From Gammaproteobacteria bacterium (GTDB taxonomy: Bacteria > Pseudomonadota > Gammaproteobacteria > Burkholderiales > SHXO01), in contig JBGPMS010000003.1 of assembly GCA_041487115.1 (NCBI GenBank), positions 1 through 38,970 on the forward strand: a stretch of 38,970 bases of DNA. Reading direction: 5' to 3'. The position numbers were made by a program, and so were the translations under genes. Each line of letters opens with the position of its first letter. Positions within the stretch are counted from its first letter, which is position 1. The notes beneath the pieces are model-generated. The model searched no databases. It saw only the letters and a program-made list of their open reading frames with translations, and was not told where the DNA came from. Positions 17,353-27,632 of the stretch are shown here, in pieces.

Positions 17353-18546
17353 TTACGGCTGCACGACCACCAGCGGGACCAGCATCTCGTCGGCCGTTAC
17401 GCCACCATGCACTCCGATCTGCCGGTAGCGCTTCTCGCCGGGAAGCCAGTCCTTGATGGTCCAGTTGTCTTTCATGACCAAGGTGTAGTCGCCGATGCGG
17501 CTTTTCAACTTCGGGTGCGGCTCTCCCGGGCCGAACCAGCCTTGCTCGACCAGGCTTTCGCTGCGGTACAGCCAGGCCTGTTCGGAAAAAGTGCCCTCTA
17601 CGTATTCTTCGAAGTCCTGGGCTTTGCCCGGCTGGACATAGCAGTATGCGGCGCGGCGCTCGCCGCAAAGCGGCAGGCGCAGCATCGCTTCCAGGAACGG
17701 GTGGTCGTCCAGCTCGATCAAACGATCCGGCGGCGAATCGATGAAGCCGTGGTCGGCGGTGACCAGGACGGTGGCGTCCTGGCCGACGGCGGCCCGCAGG
17801 AAGGCGGAAAATGCAGCGTCGAAGCGCCGCAGGATCTGGTCGGACTGGGCGCTGCCTACGCCGTGCTCGTGAGCGGTGGAGTCGAAGTCGGCGTAGTAGG
17901 CATAGGTGTAGCAGGGCTGCCGCGTGGCTCGCAGGCAGTTCAGTATCGAATCGAAGAACTGCTCCAGCGAGCCGTAGCCGCGCCGCTGGGCAACACCGGT
18001 GTGCGCCCGGTTGAACTCGGAGTTGACGATGCGCTCGGGCGACACGACGAAAGAGCGCACCGGCAAGTGGTCGAACACCGGCCGATAGTCGAACGTGAGA
18101 GCGGGATCGAATCCGAGGAAGGCCAACGGCTGGTCGGTGCGACGCGTGCGCAGGGGCAGCACGGCACCCACGGCGGCGATCTCGGAGAAGTACATGTGCC
18201 AGCCGGTGAGTCCATGCTGAGCCGGTGCCAGGCCGGTCAGGAAGGTCGTGATGGCGGTCGCGGTGGTGGACGGAAAGACCGAGGTCAACGACCCGTACAG
18301 ATGCCGGTGGAGGCCGCTGCCTGGGTAGCGGGCGAGATGGTTGGCGCCCAATCCGTCCACGACGATGAGCACGACACGATCCCGGTCGCGCAGGAGCGTT
18401 GCGAGGTCCGGGTTCCGCAGCGCCGGATAGAGTCGGGTGCGCGCGCCGAAGGCGGCGGCGATGGTGGCCATCAGGTTCACGATGCTGCCGCCGGCGTAGT
18501 CCGGAACGATGGCCTGCTGCGGGGGAGTTGCCAGAGTGGTGTCCAT
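17353..18546 (-). CDS. Alkaline phosphatase superfamily nucleotide pyrophosphatase/phosphodiesterase
   Basis: VVDGLG, SVFPSTT, DSTAHEHG, TADHG, GVHGG metal/nucleophile motifs. Confidence 0.9.
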   Translation of the reverse strand: MDTTLATPPQQAIVPDYAGGSIVNLMATIAAAFGARTRLYPALRNPDLATLLRDRDRVVLIVVDGLGANHLARYPGSGLHRHLYGSLTSVFPSTTATAITTFLTGLAPAQHGLTGWHMYFSEIAAVGAVLPLRTRRTDQPLAFLGFDPALTFDYRPVFDHLPVRSFVVSPERIVNSEFNRAHTGVAQRRGYGSLEQFFDSILNCLRATRQPCYTYAYYADFDSTAHEHGVGSAQSDQILRRFDAAFSAFLRAAVGQDATVLVTADHGFIDSPPDRLIELDDHPFLEAMLRLPLCGERRAAYCYVQPGKAQDFEEYVEGTFSEQAWLYRSESLVEQGWFGPGEPHPKLKSRIGDYTLVMKDNWTIKDWLPGEKRYRQIGVHGGVTADEMLVPLVVVQP

Positions 18547-18616
18547 GGACGCATGCTATTCAAAAGCGCGGGGTTGGGCAAAGCCTGGCCGGGCTGGCCG
18601 CACTGAAGGGGGTTGT

Positions 18617-19303
18617 ATGGCTGAGGACATCTTCGGACCGCTACGGCGGCACATGGTCGAGGAAATCGCCGCTGAGACCGGCGTGCTGGCGCCGCAGCTG
18701 GGCCGTGCCGCACTGGCGGGTCGGGTGATGGACGCGATGGGCCGGGTACCGCGCCACGCCTTCGTGCCGGCCGAGGTGCAGCCCTTCGCCTACATCAATT
18801 CGCCGCTTCCTATCGGCCACGGCAAGACCATCTCCCAGCCCTTCATCGTGGCGTTGATGACGGATCTGCTCGACGTGCAGGAGGATAGCGTGGTGCTGGA
18901 GATCGGAACCGGCTTCGGCTACCAGGCGGCGATCCTGGGCGAACTGGCGCGGCAGGTCTACAGCGTCGAGATCATCGAAGAGATCGCGGCCCAGGGCAGG
19001 ATGCGGCTGGCGAGCCTGGGCTACCACAACATCGCCTTGCGGGTGGGCAATGGCGCACTCGGCTGGCCGGACCATGCGCCCTACGATCGGATCATGGTGA
19101 CGGCCGCGCCCGACCTCATCCCGGCCGCGCTGCTGAATCAGCTGAAGGCAGGCGGCAAGATGGTGATCCCGACCGGGATCCCGCAGGAGCAGCACTTGGT
19201 CCTGGTCGAGAAGAGCACGGTGGGGCGCACTTCGACCCGTGAGATCCTGGCGGTGCGCTTCTCGGAGCTCGAGGAGACGGCCAGCCTGGCCGGACGCGGA
19301 TAG
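18617..19303 (+). CDS. pcm: Protein-L-isoaspartate O-methyltransferase
   Basis: VPRHAFVP, TISQP, VLEIGTGFGYQAA, APYDRIMVTAA. Confidence 0.92.
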   Translation: MAEDIFGPLRRHMVEEIAAETGVLAPQLGRAALAGRVMDAMGRVPRHAFVPAEVQPFAYINSPLPIGHGKTISQPFIVALMTDLLDVQEDSVVLEIGTGFGYQAAILGELARQVYSVEIIEEIAAQGRMRLASLGYHNIALRVGNGALGWPDHAPYDRIMVTAAPDLIPAALLNQLKAGGKMVIPTGIPQEQHLVLVEKSTVGRTSTREILAVRFSELEETASLAGRG

Positions 19304-19310
19304 GGCCGCG

Positions 19311-19760
19311 ATGGGGCGCAGCAAGTTCTCGGCAGGAGCGGTGGTGCTGCGAGTTGCGGGCGACGATTGGCATTATCTGCTGCTGCGGGTGTTTCGCACC
19401 TGGGACTTCCCCAAGGGCGGCGTGGAACCGGGCGAGTTGCCGCTGCAGGCGGCGATCCGAGAGGTGGAGGAGGAAACCGCGCTCACCACGCTCGATTTCC
19501 GCTGGGGCGAGGTGTACCGGGAAACGGCACCCTACAGCGGCGGCAAAGTGGCCCGGTATTACGTGGCCTTCAGCCCCGCTGGCGCGGCGGTTTCGTTGCC
19601 CATCAATCCCGAACTGGGGCGCCCGGAGCACCACGAGTTTCGCTGGGTCAGCCATGCCGAAGCCAAACGGCTGCTGCCCGACCGGTTGCAGCCGGTACTG
19701 GAGTGGGTGCACGAGCTGGTCGAAGCTCCAGGGGGGCAGGCGATGGAAACGAAGCGCTGA
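19311..19760 (+). CDS. Nudix hydrolase, Ap4A hydrolase-like
   Basis: SAGAVV, WDFPKG, Nudix box GGVEPGE..AAIREVEEET, EHHEFRW. Confidence 0.88.
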   Translation: MGRSKFSAGAVVLRVAGDDWHYLLLRVFRTWDFPKGGVEPGELPLQAAIREVEEETALTTLDFRWGEVYRETAPYSGGKVARYYVAFSPAGAAVSLPINPELGRPEHHEFRWVSHAEAKRLLPDRLQPVLEWVHELVEAPGGQAMETKR

Positions 19761-19768
19761 CTCATCCA

Positions 19769-19893
19769 CCCTCACCCCCACCCTCTCCCATCGAGGGAGA
19801 GGGGGTCTTTCTACACCCACGCAAAGCGCACACCCGTTTCAGACCACTTCAGCGGTCCCCTCTCCCCTTGTGGGAGAGGGCTAGGGTGAGGGG
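19769..19893. repeat. Inverted pair of REP-like elements between convergent genes
   Basis: CCCTCACCCCCACCCTCTCCCATCGAGGGAGAGGGGG (19769-19805) and CCCCTCTCCCCTTGTGGGAGAGGGCTAGGGTGAGGGG (19857-19893). Confidence 0.88.
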
Positions 19894-19911
19894 CGCGAGG
19901 TTCGGGTGCGC

Positions 19912-20421
19912 TCAGTCCTTACGCTCGGACTTGGAGCGGTCGATCTGCCCGCTCTCGGCGTTCACATCGACCGTAGCGTCGCGCCCGTCGTTGAGGCGCA
20001 TCTCGTAGGTGTAGTAGGGCTTTCCCTTCCAGGTGAGCCCGTACTCCATCTTGCGCAGCTCCGAGATCGGATAGCCGTTGGCCGCGGTAAAGCGCGCCGA
20101 GACCTCGGGTACCTTGGCGCGGCTGGTCAGCATCTTGTAGTTCTTGTTGCCCATCTTGCGCTCGGAACTTGAAACCTTGCCGTCCGCGCATTTCATGGTC
20201 CACACCTTGTCATCGGGCGCCAGCACGTCGATCGTCAGCGCGACAGGCTCCTTGGTGCTCTCGATCTTCCATCCCACCAATCGCCCCTCCTGCTGCTGGA
20301 GCGCGGCGTCGACGCACGCGTCGACCGTCGGAAAGATGTCGGTCGGACCTTCCGCCAGAGCCAGGCCGGGGCCGAGCACGAGGGCCAGGGCAACGCAGGA
20401 CCTGCTGAGTGCAACGCTCAT
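19912..20421 (-). CDS. Secreted PepSY-like domain protein
   Basis: Signal peptide ending ALA-E; C-terminal YYTYEMR...VDVNAESGQI PepSY-like pattern. Confidence 0.7.
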   Translation of the reverse strand: MSVALSRSCVALALVLGPGLALAEGPTDIFPTVDACVDAALQQQEGRLVGWKIESTKEPVALTIDVLAPDDKVWTMKCADGKVSSSERKMGNKNYKMLTSRAKVPEVSARFTAANGYPISELRKMEYGLTWKGKPYYTYEMRLNDGRDATVDVNAESGQIDRSKSERKD

Positions 20422-20610
20422 GGGTCTTCTCCTTGTCGGGTTGGTGGCCTAAACGACCGGCACTGTCTCACGACGACAACAGCGGGGCCGAGGGATGCCT
20501 CAGCTTTGAAGCCGCGGCGAGTGCGGAGGTTCCCACTAATTGCACCGGCCTGCAACGCGCGTGCGTGTGCGGCGAGCGGCGAGCGGCGTGCGCCGTGTAC
20601 CATTACGCCC

Positions 20611-21156
20611 ATGCCGTTTTCGTACTTCGACCGGTTGTCGCCGGCGCGCAAGGTCATCTACCTGCGCAGCGACGCCATCGACAAGATTCAATTGCCGCCT
20701 GGACCGCCCCCGAGTGGCCTGGTCCTCCAGCTGGAACAGGCACTCAGGGCCGAGCGCCGTAAGGAAGTGGAGGGGGTGAGCCAGGCCCTGCTCTCGAGCT
20801 TGACCTCGCGGCTGAAGGTCCCGCCGGTGCGCGTGAAGGTGCTCACCGTGCGCCCGAGCGGGAACTGGGGCGAGCTGCACGGGCTGTACGAGCCTACCGA
20901 CGACGGCACCGCGCCGCTCATCACGGTATGGATGCGCACCGTTGCGCGCAAACAGGTGGTCGCCTTCCGGACCTTTCTGCGCACCGTGCTGCACGAGCTT
21001 TGCCATCACCTGGATTACGAGTTGTACAAGTTCCCGGAAACCTTCCACACGGAAGGCTTCTACAAGCGCGAGTCGAACCTGCTGACGCACATCGCAGGCG
21101 CGACACCCAGGCAGGCCAGCCTGCCATTGGCGGACAAGGCAGAGCAGGCCGAGTAG
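20611..21156 (+). CDS. Hypothetical zincin-like metalloprotein
   Basis: ELHGLY, TVLHELCHHLDY (HExxH) and downstream FHTEGF. Confidence 0.75.
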   Translation: MPFSYFDRLSPARKVIYLRSDAIDKIQLPPGPPPSGLVLQLEQALRAERRKEVEGVSQALLSSLTSRLKVPPVRVKVLTVRPSGNWGELHGLYEPTDDGTAPLITVWMRTVARKQVVAFRTFLRTVLHELCHHLDYELYKFPETFHTEGFYKRESNLLTHIAGATPRQASLPLADKAEQAE

Positions 21157-21251
21157 TCCGCGGCGGTAAGCGCGCCTTACTTCGCGGGGCGACCGGCTAG
21201 AATGCGAGCCGTTCGGCTCCGGGAGATGCAGCTCTCCACCAGGAACGGGAA

Positions 21252-22157
21252 ATGTCAGCAGATGGTTCTTTGCGCGCGGTTCTCTATGCGCTGTCCGCCA
21301 ACTTCGGGATCTTCGTGGCCAAGGCCGTAGCGGCCGCGATCACCGGCTCCAGCTCCATGCTGGCCGAAGCCATCCACTCGTTCGCCGATTGCGGTAACCA
21401 GTGCCTGCTGCTGCTGGGCATGCGCGACGCCCGGCGCGCGCCCGATCGCGAGCATCCGCTCGGCTACGGCAAGGTGGTCTACTTCTGGGCCTTCCTGGTG
21501 GCGATCATGCTGTTCACCATCGGGGGCGCCTTCTCCATCTACGAAGGCGCACACAAGCTGTCCGATCCACAGCCGTTGTCCTGGCCGGGGCTCGCCATCG
21601 CGGTGCTGGCGATCGGCGTCGTGCTGGAGAGCTTCTCGCTCGCCGGTTGTGTCCGGGAGATCCGCAAGGTGGCCCGCGGGCGCTCGCTGTGGTATTTCTT
21701 CCGCCACTCGCGCAACAGCGATCTGATCGTGATCCTGGGCGAGGACATCGCCGCGCTGGCGGGGCTGGCGGCGGCGCTGGCGGCCGTATCGCTGGCCTTG
21801 ATTACCGGCAACCCGGTGTTCGACGCCGCCGGCAGCATCGTTGTCGGTGCATTGCTGATCCTGGTGGCCGTGCTGCTGGTCATCGAGATCAAGGCACTGA
21901 TCACGGGTCAGAGCGCCGAGCCCGAGGTCGAGCAGGCGATCCGAGACTTCATCCTCGCCCGTCCGGAGGTCGCCGAGCTGTTTCACATGATCACGCTGCA
22001 CATGGGCAGCGTAATCATGCTCGCGGTGAAGGCGCGCATGCGGGAGGCGCAGGATGCGGCGCGCCTGCTCGACGACGTGAACCGGGTGGAAGCGGAGCTG
22101 CGGCGGAGTTTTCCGGACATCGAATGGCTGTTCTTCGAGCCGGATAACCAGGCCTGA
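21252..22157 (+). CDS. Cation diffusion facilitator family transporter
   Basis: GSSSMLAEAIHSFAD, HPLGYG, GED, multiple TM helices, C-terminal FFEPD. Confidence 0.92.
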   Translation: MSADGSLRAVLYALSANFGIFVAKAVAAAITGSSSMLAEAIHSFADCGNQCLLLLGMRDARRAPDREHPLGYGKVVYFWAFLVAIMLFTIGGAFSIYEGAHKLSDPQPLSWPGLAIAVLAIGVVLESFSLAGCVREIRKVARGRSLWYFFRHSRNSDLIVILGEDIAALAGLAAALAAVSLALITGNPVFDAAGSIVVGALLILVAVLLVIEIKALITGQSAEPEVEQAIRDFILARPEVAELFHMITLHMGSVIMLAVKARMREAQDAARLLDDVNRVEAELRRSFPDIEWLFFEPDNQA

Positions 22158-22460
22158 GCCCGGCACGAACAGCTGTCCAGTCGGATCGCCTGCCTGCACC
22201 GGGACCGACGCATTGCCCAGGTGACCGCGGCACTGCAACAAAAGCATCGCAGGCTGGGGTTACAATCCAACACATGCGAGTGATTCCGGCCGCTGCGCCG
22301 GGATTCCGCCTCGGTGCGAGCGGGATTCCCGCCGGCGCGGATTTTGCCTAGAATGTCAACGTAAGGTCGTTCGGGTCCGGATTGCGGTCGGCAGGCCGCC
22401 ATCGGCGCGTTTTTCCGGCGACCCGATGTCATCCAAGAGAGGAAAGAAAGGAGCAATTCC

Positions 22461-23027
22461 GTGGCCCTGATTCTGGCGTTGGACATGGCTGGTATGCCCA
22501 ACCGCTGGCTGCTCATGGAGCAGGCCATCACTTATCACGCCCGCGACATGGTCGCCTGGTCGCTGGGCGATATCGTCTGCACCTTCCGCGGCGGGGTCTC
22601 GCGCATGACGGGCGAGCGCTCGAGCCTGTCGACCAAGAGCATCGTCGCCATCCGGGGGCATGCGGAGTTCGTGCGCGACCACATGGCGGAGTCGCACCTC
22701 ACCAACGCCGCGCTCTACCGGCGTGACCGGCATATCTGCGGCTATTGCGGCGGGCACTTCCGGGACGGCGACCTGTCCCGGGACCATGTCGTTCCGCTGC
22801 ACCTGGGTGGCCGGGACCGCTGGATGAACGTGGTCACGGCGTGCCGCTCCTGCAACACGCTCAAGGGCGGCCGTACCCCGGAAGCGGCGCACATGCCTCT
22901 GATCTACGCGCCCTACATTCCCAATCGGCACGAGCATCTCATCCTGCAGAACCGCCGTATCCTGCAGGACCAGATGGAGTACCTGATGGCGCGCGTGCCC
23001 AAGCACAGCCGGCTCCACAATAGTTAG
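22461..23027 (+). CDS. HNH endonuclease
   Basis: RRDRHICGYCG, DHVVP, NVVTACRSCNTLKG; AGGAG SD before GTG. Confidence 0.9.
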   Translation: MALILALDMAGMPNRWLLMEQAITYHARDMVAWSLGDIVCTFRGGVSRMTGERSSLSTKSIVAIRGHAEFVRDHMAESHLTNAALYRRDRHICGYCGGHFRDGDLSRDHVVPLHLGGRDRWMNVVTACRSCNTLKGGRTPEAAHMPLIYAPYIPNRHEHLILQNRRILQDQMEYLMARVPKHSRLHNS

Positions 23028-23110
23028 GGCACCGGCGGCGCAGCCGATGTCCTGAGTCTGCATTGACCATCGTCAAGTCGAAACGTCGGCCGGTCGGTAC
23101 CGGCCGGCGG

Positions 23111-23139
23111 CTTGATTTTCCCGTTCCGCACCCTCATCA
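23111..23139 (+). promoter_or_regulatory. Sigma32-like promoter of cbpA-cbpM
   Basis: CTTGAT (23111-23116), 14-nt spacer, CCCTCAT (23131-23137), upstream of a co-chaperone gene. Confidence 0.45.
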
Positions 23140-23147
23140 GTGCTTCG

Positions 23148-24092
23148 ATGAAGTACAAGGACTACTACAAGATTCTGGGCGTCGAGCGTTCGGCCTCCGA
23201 TGAGGCGATCAAGAAGGCCTATCGCAAGCTCGCGCGGAAGTACCACCCCGACGTGTCCAAGGAGAAGGACGCGGAGGAGAAGTTCAAGGCGATGTCCGAG
23301 GCGTATGAGGTCCTCAAGGACGCCGAGAAGCGCAAAGCCTACGACACCATGGGCTCCTACCAGCCCGGCCAGGAGTTCCGTCCGCCGCCCGACTGGGAGC
23401 AGCAGTTCGGCGGGGGCCATGGCGGCGGCTTCCAGGACGTAGGTGACGCCGACCTGTTCGATTTTCTTTCCGGGCTGGGACGCGGCGGCTTCCGCAGCGG
23501 TCGCGCTGGGGGAACGTTCCGCATGCCGGGCCAGGACTACGAGATCGCCGCACATCTCAGCGTGGAGGAAGTGGCGCGCGGGGTCGAGCTCGAGGTGCCT
23601 CTCACGGTGACTGAAGCGGGCGAGGACGGCCAGCTTCGGCGCGCCACCAGGACGGTCAAGGTCCGCATCCCCAAGGGTGCGACCGACGGCCAGCGGTTGC
23701 GGGTGCCCGGCAAAGGCGGGCCCGGACACGGCGGGGCGCCGGATGGCGATCTGTACGTCAACATCCAGCTACGGCAGCACGACCTGTTCCGAGTCAGCGG
23801 CCACGACCTCTACTTGGAAGTCCCGGTCGCCCCGTGGGAAGCGGCGCTCGGTGCAGAGGTACAGATTCCGACGTTGGATGGCCGCGTCACCGTGAAGGTG
23901 CCGCCCGGTTCGCGCGCCGGGCAAAAACTGCGCGTACGCGGCAAGGGCCTGCCGAAGCCGGGCGGCGGCGAGGGTGACCTGTATGCCGTGCTGCAGATCG
24001 TGACGCCTTCGGTCCTGAGCGACCGGGAAAAGGAGTTGTACCGGGAACTGGAGCAGGTATCCTCGTTCAACCCTCGTGCACACTTCGGCTAG
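23148..24092 (+). CDS. cbpA: DnaJ-class co-chaperone CbpA
   Basis: J-domain with HPD, G/F region, no zinc finger, PWEAALG, FNPR end; followed by cbpM. Confidence 0.9.
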   Translation: MKYKDYYKILGVERSASDEAIKKAYRKLARKYHPDVSKEKDAEEKFKAMSEAYEVLKDAEKRKAYDTMGSYQPGQEFRPPPDWEQQFGGGHGGGFQDVGDADLFDFLSGLGRGGFRSGRAGGTFRMPGQDYEIAAHLSVEEVARGVELEVPLTVTEAGEDGQLRRATRTVKVRIPKGATDGQRLRVPGKGGPGHGGAPDGDLYVNIQLRQHDLFRVSGHDLYLEVPVAPWEAALGAEVQIPTLDGRVTVKVPPGSRAGQKLRVRGKGLPKPGGGEGDLYAVLQIVTPSVLSDREKELYRELEQVSSFNPRAHFG

Positions 24093-24100
24093 CGCCAGCT

Positions 24101-24442
24101 ATGTCTTCGTCTTCCGGCTTTTACGATCAGGCTTTCTTGACCGAGCAATTGGATGTCGCCCTGGAGGAGCTGGCGCAGGCGTCCGGTCTGCTGCCGCAGG
24201 AGATCGTCGAACTGGTCGAGTACGGTGTGTTCGAGCCCTCCGGAGGGGCGCAGCCGGGAACCGGCGCGGTATCGGCCTGGCGCTTCTCGGCGCGCCACAT
24301 CGTCCTCGGCCGGCGCGCCAGCCGCCTCAAGGCCGACTTCGAGCTGAACCTTTCGGGACTGGCGCTGGTGCTGACGTATCTGCAGCGCATCGACGAGATG
24401 GAAGCCGAGTTGGCGCGTCTGCGCTGCGAAGTGCTGAAGTGA
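24101..24442 (+). CDS. cbpM: Chaperone modulator CbpM (MerR-like fold)
   Basis: ELVEYGV, RLKADFELN..GLALV; directly after cbpA. Confidence 0.85.
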   Translation: MSSSSGFYDQAFLTEQLDVALEELAQASGLLPQEIVELVEYGVFEPSGGAQPGTGAVSAWRFSARHIVLGRRASRLKADFELNLSGLALVLTYLQRIDEMEAELARLRCEVLK

Positions 24443-24876
24443 TGCGCCGCCCGCTGTACGCACTGCTCCTATGGCTGTGCCTGGTTGCCTCGGGCCTGGC
24501 TGAGGCGGCTGCAGATGGACCGGATGCCACTCGCCAGGCCGCCGAGGATCTGTTCGAGCTGCCGGCCTACCGGCAGATCGCCACCCACCAGGTTTACGAG
24601 GCGCTGCGGTCCCTCCCCGACGGGCAGTACCGCTCGGCGCTCGACGCGCTGTCTCAACCCCGCGTTGTCCAGGCGTTACGGGAGGTGATCGTGCGCAGCA
24701 TGGCGCAGACTTTCACCGTAGGCGAGCTGAAAGCGCTGAGGCGCTTCCTCGCCACCGACGAGGCCCGCTCGGCGCTGCAGAAGGCCGATGCTCTGCAGGC
24801 GGCATTGCTGCGCGAGTTGCTTGCCGCGGCACTCGCCGATCCCGAGCTGGGACGGATTCTGCTGATGCCGCAGTAA
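24442..24876 (+). CDS. Hypothetical secreted protein (DUF2059-like)
   Basis: ATG overlaps cbpM stop; signal peptide; FTVGELKALRRFLATDEARS resembles DUF2059 core. Confidence 0.65.
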   Translation: MRRPLYALLLWLCLVASGLAEAAADGPDATRQAAEDLFELPAYRQIATHQVYEALRSLPDGQYRSALDALSQPRVVQALREVIVRSMAQTFTVGELKALRRFLATDEARSALQKADALQAALLRELLAAALADPELGRILLMPQ

Positions 24877-24882
24877 GCGCCG

Positions 24883-25161
24883 TTACTTCATCCCGAGCGA
24901 GAACACGCCTTCCAGATCGACGCGCGAATAGGCGCGGAAGGCGATCAACGTCTCCGTGCTCTCGATACCCTCGATCCGCTGCATCCGGTTGGTCACGACA
25001 TCGGCCAGTTCCTCGTTGCTGCGCACGCGCACCATCGCGACCAGGTCGTAGCGACCCGCCACCGAGTAGACCTCCGTTATGCCTTCCGTGGCGGCCAGCT
25101 TGTCCGCCACCTCGCCCACCCGGGCACGAGCTACGCCAAGAAGCACGATTGCCGTTACCAT
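24883..25161 (-). CDS. Stand-alone Lrp/AsnC ligand-binding domain protein
   Basis: MVTAIVL..EVYSVAGRYDLVA..GIESTETLIAF; 92 aa, no HTH. Confidence 0.88.
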   Translation of the reverse strand: MVTAIVLLGVARARVGEVADKLAATEGITEVYSVAGRYDLVAMVRVRSNEELADVVTNRMQRIEGIESTETLIAFRAYSRVDLEGVFSLGMK

Positions 25162-25270
25162 AGGAAGCTCCACCTTTCGTGCAGACTCTGCACCTTACCA
25201 TCGGCGATTCGCGCCTCGCAAGTCCGCGCCCATCGGCTGGCCGCGCGGCGTTCAGCGCGCGAAAAACAGC

Positions 25271-25301
25271 TTGACAGCTAAAACATTCAGATCTTATAAA
25301 T
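25271..25301 (+). promoter_or_regulatory. Sigma70 promoter of the abm/kyn operon (possible MarR operator in the AT-rich spacer)
   Basis: TTGACA (25271-25276), 18-nt spacer, TATAAA (25295-25300). Confidence 0.65.
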
Positions 25302-25332
25302 CACGCCATCAATTATCGCGGGGACTTGGCGC

Positions 25333-27624
25333 ATGAACATCGCCTGCATCGGCGGCGGGCCGGCCGGCCTGTACTTTGCGATCCTGATGAAGCAGGCCGA
25401 CCCGCTGCACGACATCACAGTGGTCGAGCGCAACCGGCCCGACGACACCTTCGGCTGGGGCGTGGTGTTCTCCGACGCTACGCTCGGCAACTTCCGCCAG
25501 GCCGACCCCGAAACCCACGCCGAGATCCTGCGCAACTTTCACCACTGGGACGACATCGACGTCTTCTTCAAGGGCACGAAGATCACGTCCGGCGGTCACG
25601 GCTTCTGTGGCATCGGGCGCCGGAAGCTGCTCAACATCTTGCAGGCGCGCGCCGCGGAGCTGGGTGTGAAGCAGGTATTCGAGACCGAGATTACCGACGA
25701 CGCAGCGTTCTCGGACGCCACGCTGATCGTTGCCGCGGATGGCGCCAACAGCGTTCTGCGGCGCAAGTACGCCGAGCACTTCCAGCCCGATATCGATGTG
25801 CGTAAGTGCCGCTACATCTGGCTCGGCTCGCACCGCCGGCTGGATGCATTCACCTTCGCCTTCGAGCAGACGCAGTGGGGCTGGTTCCAGCTGCACGCCT
25901 ATCGCTTCGATCAGGACACCAGCACCTTCATCGTCGAGACGCGCGAGGAGACCTGGCTCGCGGCGGGGCTGGACGAGGCCGGCCAGGACGCCTCGATCGC
26001 TTTCTGTGAGAAGCTATTCGGCAAGTACCTGGACGGCCACCCGCTGATGAGCAACGCGCGCCACTTGCGCGGGTCTGCATGGTTGAACTTCAATCGCGTG
26101 CTGTGCCGGAAGTGGCATCACCGCAACCTGGTCCTGATCGGGGACGCGGCCCATACCGCGCACTTCTCCATCGGATCGGGCACCAAGCTGGCGATGGAGG
26201 ATGCCATCGCCTTGTCGCGCATCCTGTCGCAGCAGAGCGATGTCACGCGAGCGCTCGAGCTTTACCAAGAGGAGCGCAGCGTCGAGGCCCTGCGGCTGCA
26301 AAGCGCGGCGCGCAACCGCATGGAGTGGTTCGAGAGCGTGGCGCGCTACGTGCACCTGGATCCGGTCCAGTTCTCCTACGCGCTGCTCACCGGCAGCCAG
26401 CGCATCGGTCACGAGAACCTGCGTTTGCGCGACAGCCGCTATGTCGAACGCGTGGAGAGCTGGGTCGCGCAGGCAAGCGGCTTGCCGTCGAAGCCGATGC
26501 CGCCCATGTTCACGCCGTTCAAGCTGCGCGGGCTCGCGCTCAAGAACCGCGTGGTGGTCTCGCCGATGGCCATGTATTCCTGCGCGGACGGCGTGCCCGA
26601 CGATTTCTATCTCGTGCACCTGGGCTCGCGCGCCCTCGGCGGGGCCGGACTGGTTTTCACCGAGATGACCTGTGTTGCACCCGATGCGCGGATCTCGCCC
26701 GGGTGCGCCGGCCTGTGGAACGAAGAGCAGGCGCTGGCATGGAAGCGCGTGGTGGACTTCGTACATGCGCGCAGCAGCGCCGCGATCGGGCTGCAGCTCG
26801 GCCACGCCGGGCCCAAGGGCTCCACCCAGTTGGGCTGGGAAGAGATCGACGAGCCGTTGCCGCGCGCGGGTCCGGTTGCCAACTGGCCGCTGATCGCACC
26901 GTCTGCCATCTCCTACGGGCCGCACAACCAGATGCCCCGCGCCATGGCGCGCGAGGACCTGGGCCGCGTGTGCGACCAGTTCGTGCGCGCCGCGCGGAAG
27001 GGTGCGCGCTGCGGGTTCAATATTCTCGAATTGCACTGTGCCCACGGGTATCTGCTGTCCAGCTTCATCTGCCCGCTGACGAATCAGCGCACGGACGAGT
27101 ACGGCGGGTCGCTGGACAACCGTCTGCGTTTTCCATTGGAGGTGTTCCGCGCGATGCGTGCCGTATGGCCGCAGGACCGGCCCATGTCGGTGCGGATCTC
27201 CGCTCACGACTGGGCGCCTGGCGGCAACACACCTGTCGACGCGGTGGAGATCGCGCGCCAGTTCAAGGCCGCCGGCGCCGACCTGATCGACGTCTCCTCG
27301 GGTCAGACCACGCGTCTGGCCAGGCCCGTGTACGGGCGCATGTACCAGACGCCGTTTTCGGATCGCATCCGCAACGAGGTGGGGATCGCCACGATCGCCG
27401 TGGGCAACATCTTCGAGCCGGACCACGTGAACAGCATCGTCGCCGCAGGCCGGGCAGACCTGTGCGCACTCGCGCGCCCCCATCTAGCCGATCCCTGCTG
27501 GACCCTGCACGCCGCCGCGGCGCTCGGCTACGCGGAGATGGAATGGCCCAACCAGTATCTGACCGGCAAGGCACAGCTCGAGCGCAATCTGGCACGCGCG
27601 GCGCAGCTGGCGATCAACGTCTAG
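25333..27624 (+). CDS. abmA: 2-aminobenzoyl-CoA monooxygenase/reductase (bifunctional salicylyl-CoA 5-hydroxylase/oxidoreductase family)
   Basis: [37 protein letters not shown] flavin monooxygenase fused to an OYE domain ([22 protein letters not shown]). Confidence 0.93.
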   Translation: MNIACIGGGPAGLYFAILMKQADPLHDITVVERNRPDDTFGWGVVFSDATLGNFRQADPETHAEILRNFHHWDDIDVFFKGTKITSGGHGFCGIGRRKLLNILQARAAELGVKQVFETEITDDAAFSDATLIVAADGANSVLRRKYAEHFQPDIDVRKCRYIWLGSHRRLDAFTFAFEQTQWGWFQLHAYRFDQDTSTFIVETREETWLAAGLDEAGQDASIAFCEKLFGKYLDGHPLMSNARHLRGSAWLNFNRVLCRKWHHRNLVLIGDAAHTAHFSIGSGTKLAMEDAIALSRILSQQSDVTRALELYQEERSVEALRLQSAARNRMEWFESVARYVHLDPVQFSYALLTGSQRIGHENLRLRDSRYVERVESWVAQASGLPSKPMPPMFTPFKLRGLALKNRVVVSPMAMYSCADGVPDDFYLVHLGSRALGGAGLVFTEMTCVAPDARISPGCAGLWNEEQALAWKRVVDFVHARSSAAIGLQLGHAGPKGSTQLGWEEIDEPLPRAGPVANWPLIAPSAISYGPHNQMPRAMAREDLGRVCDQFVRAARKGARCGFNILELHCAHGYLLSSFICPLTNQRTDEYGGSLDNRLRFPLEVFRAMRAVWPQDRPMSVRISAHDWAPGGNTPVDAVEIARQFKAAGADLIDVSSGQTTRLARPVYGRMYQTPFSDRIRNEVGIATIAVGNIFEPDHVNSIVAAGRADLCALARPHLADPCWTLHAAAALGYAEMEWPNQYLTGKAQLERNLARAAQLAINV

Positions 27625-27632
27625 ACTCGACG

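Noticed and set aside
22461-23027. HNH gene as mobile or defence element
   Set aside because: Host-like codon usage, no flanking repeats, methylase or partner genes; looks like an ordinary stand-alone HNH.
26079-27632. Long N-terminal extension of the SDR ORF (771 aa)
   Set aside because: Overlaps abmA out of frame and is Arg/Ala-rich noise; SDR begins at ATG 27633.
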